NCBI GenBank assembly: GCA_025594325.1
Contig: JANHCV010000005.1
Coordinates: 1,488,001 to 1,552,000, forward strand
Length of the DNA: 64,000 bases
Direction of reading: 5' to 3'
Source of the DNA: Blastocladiella emersonii ATCC 22665
Taxonomy: Eukaryota; Fungi; Blastocladiomycota
Shown in pieces: positions 32,864-44,436 of the stretch. The notes under the pieces are model-generated. The model ran no database searches. It worked only from the letters and a program-made list of their open reading frames with translations, and was not told where the DNA came from. The number at the start of each line of letters is the position of its first letter. Position 1 is the first letter of the stretch. The translations under genes were made by a program, and so were the position numbers.

Positions 32864-34393
32864 ATGAACTTCTCTCCCACGTTCTCGCTGCGCTGCTCGT
32901 CGCGCTTCACGGTTCTCTCCAAGCTTCCGTCTCCGCCGTCGAGCCCCTTCCTCTTCTTCAACATCGAGACCCCCGTCCGCTACTCGCCTGGTGTTCCCCT
33001 CATCAACGCCAACGCCTCGACCGATCCGCTCGGCTTGCTGCAGGCCACGGCCGTCGCGTACCGCGGCAGCCTGCTCGTCGGCAACTCGTACAAGGCCGAC
33101 GGCTTCATCAAGATCGACGTGTGCCCGTCCGTGACGGCTCCAACCTTCGACGCCCCCAAGACGCTCGTGTTCTACCCGATCGCTTCCAGCCTCCTCGGTC
33201 AACTCGACCCCGCCATCCGCTACCCCGACCCCGCGATCATCAGCGGCCTGTTCACCTTCGGTTCGGTCGTCCTCATCGATTCGTTCCCTCACCGCGCTCA
33301 CACACATCTCCCACTTCTAGGCGGCGGCAAGACGTTCGCCATGTGCCAACCCACGCTTGAACTGGCCCAGCCCATGACCGTCATGAACGGCACGTCGCAG
33401 TTCCTCGACCCGACGCACCGCGGCCAGCCTGCTCCCCGCGCAACCACGTGGTCCATGAGCTGTGTGATCCCGACCAACCGGTACGTCCTGATCCGCTGTT
33501 CGACTCTTCTGCGAATCTTCTCACTCACGAATCGATGTGCATTGTGCATGGCAGTAAGGGCCTGTGGGTGACGGGCAAGACCATGCTCGTCTCTGGCCCG
33601 CTGTTCTGCGGCTTCGAGGGTGCGGCTAACGACGACCACTTCACCATGTCCTCGTCCGTCGCCTTCTTCATCACCGAGATGCGGTCGGTCGCCACTGCGA
33701 CGGCTCCGCCTCCTTCGCAGGGCCCCAACGGTCCGCCCATGTTCACGGCCGGTCCCTCGTCGCCCGCCAAGATGGTTCCCGGCGCTGCGGCCGCGCCCGC
33801 TGCGCTCGTCCCGCTCATGGCCGCGTGCACCACCCGCTCGCCGACTTCCACCTCGGCGTCCGTCAACGCGCCGTCGGGCGGCACCACGTCGGGCAGCACC
33901 ACGTCCGGCAGCGCCACGACGCCGTCGGGACCCGCGGCGTCGGCCGTCGTCCAGGAGCTCGACATCAACCTGCAGGAGTGGGACGACGTCGGCAGCGAGT
34001 CCGACATGACCGTGGTTCCCGCGTCGTCGTCCGCCGTGACCAAGAACAAGAACATCACCAAGATCGTCGTCGACTCGGAGGCCGATGAGGAGGTCGACGC
34101 CGATGAGGAGGAGAGCGAGTGCGAGTCGGGCCCGTCGTCGTCGTCAAGCCGCGCGCGCAAGATGGCCACCAAGGCCAAGGGCCGCGACAAGAAAGACGGT
34201 CAAGACCCCGCCGGCCTCGCCCACCAAGCGTACCCGCACGTCGGCCGTCAAGGGCAAGTCCGGCGCTGCCGTCCCTGCCGGCCAAGACGACGACGAGGCC
34301 GACGACGACGACTCGGCGACCCCGCCGGCCTCGCCGACCAAGCGCGCGCGTCGCGGTCCCGCCAAGGGCAAGGGCAAGGACCGCTCGGCCTGA
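32864..34393 (+). CDS. Helitron-borne hypothetical protein: beta-rich (putative tandem OB-fold) N-half plus low-complexity acidic/basic tail, 3 exons
   Basis: TATAAA at 32805-32810 and CACCATG start. Introns 33261-33320 and 33481-33554 join in frame. A 1-nt frameshift lies near 34192-34196. NLS-like PTKRARRGPAKGKGK. The OB-fold call is inference only. Confidence 0.6.
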
Positions 34394-34441
34394 TCCTGAT
34401 CCTGTTCCTTCCTTCGTTTCTTTCGAAAATACTTCCGCTGT

Positions 34442-36276
34442 CTGATATATTCCAAACTCTTTTTCTTCCAACTGGTTACTACTCGAATTTGTGAGGTGCT
34501 CGTCGACTGGCGAGCTCAAAGAGTTTACCCCTGAACTCTGAGAACGCGTTTCAAAGACGCGTTGCGTGACGCGTCGCGTCGCGCGCTCGCGTTCGTGTTC
34601 TCACAACTGTGACGCGCGACGCGCAACGCGAAGAGCCCTCGCTTCTCTGTGCTCATGGTCACGCTCGGCGAGGCCGGCACGGGAAAATCTCGGGTCATCA
34701 ACTCGCTTTCCCAGATGTTCGCAGCACACGGTCGCTCAGACATGCTCCTCATCGCGGCTCCGATTGGCGTTGCGGCTTCACCAATCAACGGAGCGACATT
34801 GCACTCGACATTCAAGCTCCCAAATCATCCGCCGCTTGAGTCGATTTCCAGCAGAGTGGCTCACGAGGCCAGGACTCGACTACGGCCTGTCAAGTTTATC
34901 CTCATTGATGAAATCAGCATGGTCGGGGCCTCAGTTCTTTCAATGATTCACACGCGCCTGATCGAGCTTTTCCACGAGAGCCGCGACCTTCCCTTCGCTG
35001 GTCGGCATGTCCTTGCATTTGGCGACTTCATGCAGTTCCCGCCCGTTGGTGCAACGTCACTGTGCACCGCCCAAGAAGTACCACGGGAACCCGAACTTGT
35101 CACCAACGAGTTTCTCGGCCTGCACGTCGATGGCGAACAAGTCCAGAGCGAACCTTCAAAACCTCAAAAGAAAAGGTCTTTGAGCGCGGACGCTCTAAAC
35201 CTGTACGGCCGGCACCTATGGCTCAAATTCCGGGTCGTCTTCATTCTCCAGGAGCAGATGCGCCAGTCAAACGACGCCAAGCTTACAACGGTGCTCCGAG
35301 ACCTCCGAGACAGCAAGGTTACAGACGCGGTCAATGCGTTCATCGCGGAGCGCGACATTGCCAAGGTTATTCCAGGCATGGGCATTGACAACAACGACTG
35401 GCGCGACGCGACTTTCATTACCTTGACAAACGAGCTTTGTGACGCATGGAATGATTGTGCGGCAGCCACACATATGCGCGACTTGGGCATTCGCGACGAC
35501 CAGATTGTGACGGTGCAGGCCAGCGTGGATTTCTCCAACCCAGATTCGCTTCGACCAGCGAAGCGAACTGCGAGCGGGTCCGAGAAGCAACACGAACCGG
35601 CCATTAGCGATGCATTGATGCAATCGTTGTTCGCGCGCATCAAAGAGCTTCCCCCAAAGCAACTTGATCACATGCCACACGCGATTACACTCTTTCCCGG
35701 TGCGCGAGTCATTGTTACAAGGAACGTCGCGACCAGGTACGTTTTATCGCACACAGGTAAATCCGCGCCGCTCACCAGCTAACGATTCATGATAACAGCA
35801 TCGGAATCGTCAACGGGATGATGGGTAAGGTCGTCGGCTTTGCTGTCGATGAAGACGGCCAGATCAAGGCTGTCATTGTACGACCCGACCGCGACCTTCA
35901 GCGAATCCCGAAACTCGACGGAATCGACGAGTTGGGTGACATCCCCATCGAGCGCGAGACAATTAGCAAGATGGTCACCATTGACGGCAAGCGGTGGACC
36001 TTTTGGCGATCGCAGTTCCCCATTGAGCTGAGCTACGCGATCACGGCGCACAAGGCGCAGGGGATGACCCTGAACAAGGTCATTGCCGACTTCGGCGACC
36101 CAAAGCTCCCGCATCGTTTTCCTGCCCGGTACCCGTACATGGTCCTCTCTCGAGCGCGCAGGACCGAGGACATCCTCATCATCCGGTTCAACAGTCGGTT
36201 TCTCGTGCAGAAGGCATTACAGCACGTGGCGAAGGACATGGAGCGACTGTCCCTGCTGAGCAGGATTGAGAATTGA
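34442..36276 (+). pseudogene. PIF1-family helicase of Helitron type
   Basis: GEAGTGKS, AAPIGVAA, IDEISMV, FGDFMQFPPV, LQEQMRQ, GARVIVTRNV|GIVNG, QFPIELSYAITAHKAQGMTL and YMVLSRAR. Two in-frame TGA codons (34532, 34610) lie upstream of Walker A. Confidence 0.9.
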
Positions 36277-36344
36277 TAAACTACTTCACTTTCACCAACT
36301 GAAACAGTCTCAAGAAGCCAAGTAAAGCTACAGCTGAGACCCAA

Positions 36345-36369
36345 GTGTGTGCGCAGCACACACACCTAG
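36345..36369 (+). terminator. Helitron 3' terminus: hairpin plus CTAG
   Basis: GTGTGTGC-GCA-GCACACAC-AC-CTAG followed by T. Confidence 0.8.
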
Positions 36370-37045
36370 TCTCTCTCCCGTCAACTCGAGATCAGGCGGT
36401 TTTCCTTCGCGGCATGATTGCACACCTGTTTGACGCTTATACGAGTGGCGTGCGGGTCGTGGAGTTCGTCGTCGGTGGCCCCGCTGAGGCCGATCCGCGC
36501 AACCAGAGTTTCTATGCGTCCTGATTCTGCATCGCCTCTTTGTCATCCCGCCCGCTGATGCGTCGCGTGCGCACACCCCGGTCCTTGATCTCAGCTTCGT
36601 CGTGAACACGCTTCTCTTTCCTCAGCCGGGCTCGCAGGGTAGAAAGCCCTTCGACGCGCTTGATCAGATCGCGTCCAACTTCCGCGCGGACAGCCCCCAC
36701 GCGAAAGTAATGCGCCTGATAATCACGGAGCCCTTTACTTCTTGCCTCTTGAACTGCCTTGAAGAGGGTACCTACGGGGTGCCCAGGCGTACGGAATTGG
36801 ACGAGCTTGGGATATTCACACTTGCCTCCTATTCGCGCATGTACGACGAACTGCGACGCTGCTACCTCTTCCCAGTGTACGCGGGTCACGGCGCGCAGTA
36901 CAAGGTCCCTATTGTGCCTCCGCCTACCTTTGAGATGCGGAAATCGGCCGATGGCGCACGCGTTCCGGGCGGCTCCGTTTCGAAGGCCCAAGGGCGCGAG
37001 GAGGAAGAGGAGGTCGACGACCGGATTGTGGAGATTGATGATTGA
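36370..37045 (+). pseudogene. Probable 3' part of the gene interrupted by the Helitron
   Basis: Open frame immediately after CTAG (SLPSTRDQAVFLRGMIAHLFDAY...). A later frame ends in an acidic tail (EEEEEVDDRIVEIDD*). Confidence 0.4.
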
Positions 37046-37275
37046 GACCTTATTCAGTTGCATCAGTTGCTAATAGCGTTTTCATTTGTTTTCCGTCTTT
37101 TTCCGTCTTGATTCCGGTCTGCGCGCGTGCACGAAAGCGCGAGCTGCGAGACGCGTCGGGTTATCACGTTATACCCACGTGAGCGGCAGCGGTGATTCGA
37201 CCCGACCTCACGACGCGTCGCGTTCCCACGTCGGCTCTCCTCGCCGAACTTGATGCAAAACCAATGAATGCAAAA

Positions 37276-38986
37276 ATGAAGGGCCTCGACTTGCCGCAAA
37301 TCATTGAATCCGTGCTCTGCTACGCCGTCGAGCTTCACGACGACGAAAACGATCTGGTCGGGCTCATGCAGTACGCGCGTGTCATGCGCCGCGCCGACAT
37401 CCCGCGCGTCACGGGCGCCATCTTACAGCGTTGTCCCTTTCTGTCCATCGACGAGGCGAGCACGTGCGGGGACCTCGAGCTTCTGGAGCTCTGGTGCGAA
37501 TCGGCGTCCACGCTGCGCTACTCGGCCGAAGCGCTGCTCGGGGCCGCTCATAACAACCACTACGGAGTGCTCGACTGGTGGCGCGACTCTGGGCTTCCGC
37601 TTCCGCCTTACGATGGCGAGCTTCACGAAACCGAATTTCGCGTTGTCGCGGGTGTTGTTGGAGCGCGGGCGATCGCCGAGATGGTGGAGCTGCGGACTGT
37701 ACGTGCCTTTTGGCGTCGAGCTAAACTGACGGCTACTAACACATTCGCCATAGCTCCCCGACACTTACGTTGAGCCCGGCGACGAGTATATCAAGCGCAA
37801 CCTGGCGGCCATCACCGCGGGTCAGTTCGACTACCTCTCGATCAAGGGTGGCCGGCTGACGGCCAGCGGGATCGAGGCCCTCAGCGGCGCGCTTTCGCAC
37901 AACTGCCAGGCTCTCAGGGTTTTGCACTTTGATCCGTGCAACCTGTCTATCGATGCCGTCCGTTCAATCACGCTTCCGCCGTCGGCCAACGTCACGACGT
38001 TCGAGTTCGAGGCTCTTCGACACGACCTGCCCTACGGAGGTCCCAATGTCCCTCCCGGCCGCTCGCTCCCCAATTCCGTGACCGCGCTGAATTTCAAAAA
38101 CTCGTGTGCTTTCCAGCATACTGATGCAGCGTTTGGCAGTCTCTTCCCGGCTGGTCTCAAGGTTCTGTTTTTCCTCGACTACGACTTCAGAGAGCTTGAC
38201 GAGTCGACGACATTGTTCACATATCTTCCAGCGGCGCTGTACAACCTCCTTTTCTCCGGGTGCATTTTCTCTGACGAGTTCGAGTCCGAGTCCGAGTTCG
38301 AATCGGACTCTTCGGTGCCTCCCGCCTTTGCCGCACTTACTCGCTCGCTCCCGGCTTCGATCAAATCGCTCACCGTGACCGATTGTGAGCTCGACACTGC
38401 CGCGCTTGGAGAGCTTGCCCGGGCCCTTCCCGCGTCGCTCGAGTTTCTTGATCTGTCGAGCAACGACTTTGCCGGCGGATCGATGGCTGCCTTGATTCCG
38501 CACCTTCCTGCTACTCTGAACAGCCTCAACCTGATGTTCTGCGAGCTCGACGATACCGATCTCTCGAGCCTTGCGCGCGGACTTCCCGACCAACTTCACA
38601 CCCTGAAACTCCACGGCCAAGGCCACGCCTCGCTGACCAGTGCGGATGCGCGCGGCTGCCGCGAGCTCGCCTCGTCGTTCGAGCGGCTTTCGCAGATCAC
38701 GACCCTGTATCTCTGCGCGGTGGGGCTCACCGATGCGGACGTGGCCATCTTGGTGGAACGCTTATCGCCGCGGATCACGGCGCTCGCGCTCGACGGGAAC
38801 CCCATCACGGACGCTTGCATTCCCAACCTTGTGCAGCTCATCAAGTCAATCGATGAGGGTAGCGAGCTGGGCTTGTCGTTCGGGGAGACTCAGATCTCGC
38901 AGGCGAGACCCTTTGGGAATTTCTGGTACCGGGGCTTAATACGGTACGGCTCGTGGCGGTTCATGTGCTCGATTACCCGCGCTTGA
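37276..38986 (+). CDS. Ank-LRR family paralogue P3 (long LRR form, intact, 2 exons)
   Basis: MKGLDLPQIIESVLCYAV, SIDEASTCG and VLDWWRDSGL. Intron 37700-37753 joins in frame to the LRR exon (LPASLEFLDLSSNDF, LPATLNSLNLMFCEL, ITALALDGNPITD). Confidence 0.85.
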
Positions 38987-39274
38987 TTTCAAATACACAC
39001 ATTTGCCGTTGTTCTACACTGACATCGTCCGTTCCATCGACAGCACAGAGAATGTCCCGGATATGGTTGCACTAAACACAAAGGACTACCAAATCCGCCA
39101 ACAAATGAACTGCTTCGGACGCCGCGACGCGCGAAAGGAAGCGCCGCGCGACGACGCGTCGTTCATTTGAGGTGACAGGCACGTGACTGCGCTCCCACCG
39201 TTCCCTTGCCCTTCTTCGCTTCCGCGCTGGATGCCTTCGCGTCTCCCGACTTTCGCAAGACTCATGGCAACAAC

Positions 39275-40465
39275 ATGAACTCGAGTCTCAACTTGCTGCA
39301 CATTTATGAGCGGATTCTCGTCATTGCCGTCCAGTCTCACGACTCGAAGGACTTGCGCGGGCTCGCTGAGTACACGCGGGTCATGCGGCGCGCCGATGCA
39401 CCCGGCCTAACGCGCGCCATCCTTCGGCGTTGCCCCCTCCTCTCCATGGATCACGCGACCGTTCGCGGCTACACAACCGTCCTGGACATGTGGCGCGAGT
39501 CGGGGCTCCCTTTGCGCTACTCGGCAGAAGCGTTCGAGTGGGCAGCCCGCGTATACCAGTACCGATCCTTCGATTGGTGGCGCGATTCGGGGCTCCCGCT
39601 CCCGCCGCACAATAGACAGATGCACGAGGATTACCTTTCAGTTGTCGCGGGCGTGGTCGGGGCTCGCGCGATCTCTGAAATGCTGCACAAGAAACCCGTT
39701 CGTGACTCCGCTTTTGTCAAACAGTGATATGCACCTTTTCTGACCGCACCCGCCGCCTGCATCTAGTTTTTGGCGACCACAACGGAGCCAGGTGACGAGA
39801 TTGTGAACCGACTGTTCACGTCTATCGTTTCTGGCACTGTCACAGGCGAGTGGATGAGCAGTACCACTGACGTGCGGATTCACGGCCGTTTGACGGCTGA
39901 GGGCATCGCGACCCTCAATCGTGCGCTGGCATCCCCACGTCAATCCATCTCCGCACTGTCATTTGGGCCGTGCAACATGACTGCCGCGTCAGCTCGCTCG
40001 CTAGCGCTCCCTTGGAGCGTGAAAACTCTCATTTTCGAAAACATGCGACACGACGCCCCTCGGGGCGCACGACGCGCAGCTCCGGGTTGCGCGTTCCCTC
40101 GCACTGTGACCTCACTCTCGTTCTAACGCTCGTGCGTCGAACGGCCGTGTGATGACGAGCTTGGCAGCCTTTTCCCGCGGACTCTCACCTACTTGCTCTT
40201 CCAATCGTACGACTTTGGCCAGCTTGACGAGTCGACGTCGCTGTTCACACATCTCCCAGCAACCCTGGAGACACTGATCATCATCAAATGCACCTTTTGC
40301 AAGAGCAGCGACTCTTCGCGACCTGCGCCCGCGTTTGTTGCGCTCGTCCGCTCAGTTCCGCAGTCGCTTGCTACGCTTGTCCTAGGCCAGTGCCAGTTGA
40401 CCCGCGCGGATACGCTTGAGCTTCAGCAGCGGCTTCCTCCGTCCATCAAGGTGCTCAACGCGTAG
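39275..40465 (+). pseudogene. Ank-LRR family paralogue P4 (short form, premature TAA at 40124-40126)
   Basis: MNSSLNLLHIYERIL start; intron ends at 39766. The frame continues past the TAA to 40465. Confidence 0.8.
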
Positions 40466-40788
40466 TCTATTCAGGTGCACCGGAAGTAGCCAAACGCGTT
40501 GGTGGCGAGCGGTCGAACGACCGTCCACCCGAAATGGCAAAATGGCTGGGATAGGGTGGCTTCTGCACAGGTTAACCTCGCGTTCACCCATTCGCCCATC
40601 CGCAAACTTATGCGGAGCGTCTGAAGCTGTAAGCCGCGGCACGTGAAGTGAAGCGACCCGACATGCGCTATTCATATCGCGTGGTGGGCACGTGACGGCG
40701 CTCTCACGCTGTCCGTGTGCTTTCTCGCGCTTCGCCCTGGCACCGCGCTCGCTCCACTCTCAAAGGACACGAAACTCATGAAAGCAAC

Positions 40789-41965
40789 ATGAACTCGAGC
40801 CTTAACTTGCTGCACATTTATGAGCGGATCCTAGTCCATGCAGTCCAGCTTCATGACCAGAACGACCTGCGCGGACTCGCCGAGTACGCGCGCGTCATGC
40901 GGCGTGCCGACATCCTGGACGTCATCCGCGCCATTTTGCAACGTTGTCCCCTCCTCTCAATGGACGAGGCGAGCGCGCGTGGAAAAGTTGCAGTCCTCGA
41001 GTTGTGGCGTCGATTGGGGCTGCCCCTTCATTACACAGTTAAAGCGCTGCTCGGGGCCGGTCGCGGCTATCACTACTCCGCGTTGGACTGGTGGCGCGAT
41101 TCGGGGCTTCCGCTCCCGCCGCACCGCGGCAAGTTCCACGAGGACTATTTTTCAGTTGTCGCGGGCGTCGTTGGGGCTCGCGCCGTCACTGAAATGTTAA
41201 ACAAGCAGGCCGTACGTGATTCCTGCTTCGCTCGAAGTGCCCCGTCTGTGCCTAATTTCGACCCCGTTCGCCACGTTCTTCTAGTATTCGCCGTGCCTGA
41301 TGGAGCCGGGCGACGCGACCGTATTTCGCAAGTCCTTCGATATAGCTTCCGGCGACACTGACGCCGTGCGGATTGGCGGTGGCCGGTTGACAGCGGTCGG
41401 CATTGCGGCCCTCAACTATGCCCTCGCATTGCCCCAGCAAACCGTTCGCACTGTGTCCTTTGGGCCGTGCAACATGACCGCGGCGTCTGCCCTCTCTCTC
41501 AAGCTGCCGCCTAGCGTAAATAGCCTCGTTTTTGAGAACATGCGGCACGACACCTTTGGCAGCGCAGAAAGCGCGGCTCCGAGTCGCTCGTTGCCCCGTA
41601 CTATTGTGTCGCTCTCGTTCTACCACTCGCGCGTCGAACGGCCGTGTGACGCCGAGTTTGGCAGCCTCTTCCCGCGCACCCTCACGTACTTGCTTTTCCA
41701 ATCGTACGATTTCAGCGAGCTTGACGAGTCAACGTCGCTATTCGGATACCTCCCAGCAACCCTCGAGACGCTTATCCTGGACAGGTGCTCGTTTGGCGGG
41801 AACGGCAGCGACTCTTCGCGACCTGCGCCCGCGTTTGTTGCGCTCGTCCGCTCAGTTCCGCAGTCGCTTGCTACGCTTGTCCTAGGCCAGTGCCAGTTGA
41901 CCCGCGCGGATACGCTCGAGCTTCAGCAGCGGCTTCCTCCGTGCATCAAGGTGCTCAAGACATAG
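40789..41965 (+). CDS. Ank-LRR family paralogue P5 (short form, intact, 2 exons)
   Basis: GTACGT..CTAG intron ending at 41284 joins NKQA|YSPCLMEPGD in frame. No internal stops. Confidence 0.85.
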
Positions 41966-42306
41966 TCGGACGTGTTGGCGAGCGGGGCTCCCAACATGGC
42001 TGTTCGCGTGCGGATAGCAGTCTTTGTGTTCTTTCCCATGATCCATGAATACATCTTGCTGCCATTACGCATGGTATCCTTTTCTTGATTATCGCGGTAC
42101 AATGTTTTCCCACGAGTAGTGCCAACACTCTGGTCACGCCGCGACACATGTCGCGACTCGTCGCTAGTAGACGCTGATGCGTCGACCTGGTCGTGCGTCA
42201 CGCATACCCCCAGGTTCGCTCGCTCCTTGACCCACCCTCTCGAGTGCGGGGAGCCCGCGCGCGAACCGTCTTGTCCTTGATTGCTCACCACGTCCATTCG
42301 CGTCAG

Positions 42307-42976
42307 GACCGTCCTCGCGGCGCCGCCGCCACCTGCAACATGGCGCAGTTCGGATCCACCTCGGGCAACTTCTCGCCAACAAGCTTGCCCTTGCGATCCC
42401 TCTGCCTGCGCTCGGTACGCTTGTTCTCTCCATCCATTGACCTGCCTCCTCATTGCTCACCTGCTCGCTCCAGTCCAGAACGCCGCAACCGCACCCCGCA
42501 CTTCTCTCACAGCCACGGTCAAGCACAACCTGCTCGCCGATCCCGACCGGTGAGCCCCTTGTCGCGGGCGTACCACGGCTCGTTCCACGTGGCGACTAGG
42601 GTGACCAAGGTACGTCCTTGTAGTGCAGCCACGCGGTCATGGAACTGACGCGCTCGCATGTCCACGTGTACCTGTTGTAGACCTCGCGCGACACGCACAA
42701 ATTTCCCGTACTCAAGGCCCCGGCGGACGCGCGTCAAGGGCAAGGCGCCGCACCTCAAGCACAAGGTTGACCAAGGATGATGGTCGTTGTGATCTTCGTG
42801 GCGACTCGGGCGAGTCTCGCCCTGAGCGTCCGCTCTTCCTCTGGTTCTCTGGTCAATACACTGTTCTTCATAGTGAACCATGGCTTGGCTCCGGACAGCT
42901 TGAAAAGGATCTGAGAGCCCTCATTGCTCAATCTTGGCAGCCCCATTTTCATCCAGATGTGGCCGCTAAACTTTAA
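42307..42976 (+). pseudogene. Fragment of an unrelated spliced gene between P5 and P6
   Basis: Exon-like segments with CAG/GTACGC, CCAG/GTGAGC and GTAG boundaries. No start and no recognisable domain. Confidence 0.3.
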
Positions 42977-43260
42977 AAATCTTTACCTGCCAAGGTTCGC
43001 GAAGATTTGTAGAAAACATTCGAAAAGTAAGGCTGATAACGTCTCAAAAGATTTGAGGTCCCCAAATCTTCTCCCATTTTCGGGCCGCATCTTTTCTGAC
43101 CTTGGCGGGTTCTGGGTGTGTGAGCGCTTTAAAGACGCGTCGCTCATAGCGAGTGGAGCACACGTGACTGCGCCCGTATACTGTTCTTGTGCGTTTTCGC
43201 ACTTCGACCCGATTTCGCGCCTACGCTACTCCCGAAACACGCGAAAGTAATGGCAGCAAC

Positions 43261-44436
43261 ATGGACTCGAGCTTGAACTTGCCGCACATCGTTGAGCGAG
43301 TGCTTTGCTATGCGGTCGCGGCGCACGACGACCCGGACGATCTGCAAGGGCTCGCCGAGTACGCGCGCGTCATGCGACGCGTCGACATCCCGGGCGTGAT
43401 TCGCGCCATTTTGCAACGCTGCCCCCTGCTTTCCATGGACGAGGCGAGCACGCGCGGGAACGTGGCAACTCTCGAGCTGTGGCGCAAATCTGGGCTTCCC
43501 ATGACCTACACGAGCCAGGCCTTGATCGGAGCCGCCCGCGGCAGTCACTATCGTGTCTTGGACTGGTGGCGCGATTCGGGGCTTTTGCTGCCGCCGCATG
43601 ACCCACTCCGCGACGGACCACACTACTACTTTGCAACTGTCGCCGGCATCATTGGAGCTCGCGCCGTTGTCGAAATGCGCAGAACCGTCCGTGATTCTTG
43701 ATTCGCTCGTGGTGTCCTGTCTGTGTGTCTTACTCCGTTCGCCACGCTCGTCTAGTACTCGGCGGCCTCGATGGAGCCGGGCGACGCGACCGTACTCCGT
43801 AATTCCAGCGAAATAGCTTCCGGCAACACCGAAAATGTGATCATTGACGGTGGTCTTTTGACAGCGGCCGGCATCGAGGCCCTCAACCGTGCCCTCGCGT
43901 CGCCCCAGCAAACCGTTCGCACCCTGTCCTTTCGACCGTGCAACATGACTGCCGCGTCAGCCCGCTCGCTTAGACTTCCGCGCAGCGTGTTTGGTCTCGT
44001 CTTTGATAACATGCGGCACGATGCCCCTCGCGGCGCGCCGCAGGCAGCTCTGGGCTGCCCGCTCCCTCCTACCGTTACCTCGCTTTGCTTCCGCAACTCG
44101 CGCGTCGAACGGCCGTGCGCTGCTGACTTTGGCAGCCTCTTCCCGCGCAGCCTCGCGCACTTGTCGTTCCAATCGTACGATTTTGGCCAGCTTGACGAGT
44201 CGACATCGCTGTTCAAATTTCTCCCGAAAGCGCTCAAGACTCTTCTCTTCGTCGAGTGCACGTTCGGCGAGAGTCGCGACCACTCGCGACCCGCCCCCGC
44301 GTTCGCTGTGTTCGTCCGCTCGCTCCCAAGATTGCTCGCGAAACTCACCTTTGACAAGTGCCCGCTATCCCGCGCCGAGATCTTTGTGCTCGAGCACCGG
44401 CTTCCTCCGCCCATCCAGGTGCGCCGCAAGACGTAG
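43261..44436 (+). CDS. Ank-LRR family paralogue P6 (short form, intact, 2 exons)
   Basis: MDSSLNLPHIVERVLCYAV, SMDEASTRGNV and VLDWWRDSGL. Intron ending at 43755 joins RRT|YSAASMEPGD in frame. Confidence 0.85.

Larger units (their letters stand above)
32347..36369 (+). mobile_element. Helitron derivative lacking the Rep/HUH domain (3' end firm, 5' end tentative at 32347 or 32356)
   Basis: A PIF1 helicase ends 90 bp before a perfect 8-bp-stem hairpin (36345-36363) followed by CTAG|T. Candidate A|TC 5' ends lie where the upstream ORF is cut off. Confidence 0.7.

Noticed and set aside
36512-37063. 183-aa minus-strand ORF
   Set aside because: It overlaps a plus-strand frame with better codon usage and a natural acidic C-terminus, and shows no motif.
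37276-44436. Recent giant-virus (NCLDV) origin of the ANK/FNIP-like LRR genes
   Set aside because: The genes have canonical fungal introns and host-like promoters, and no viral core genes are in the window. An ancient relationship cannot be excluded without phylogeny.
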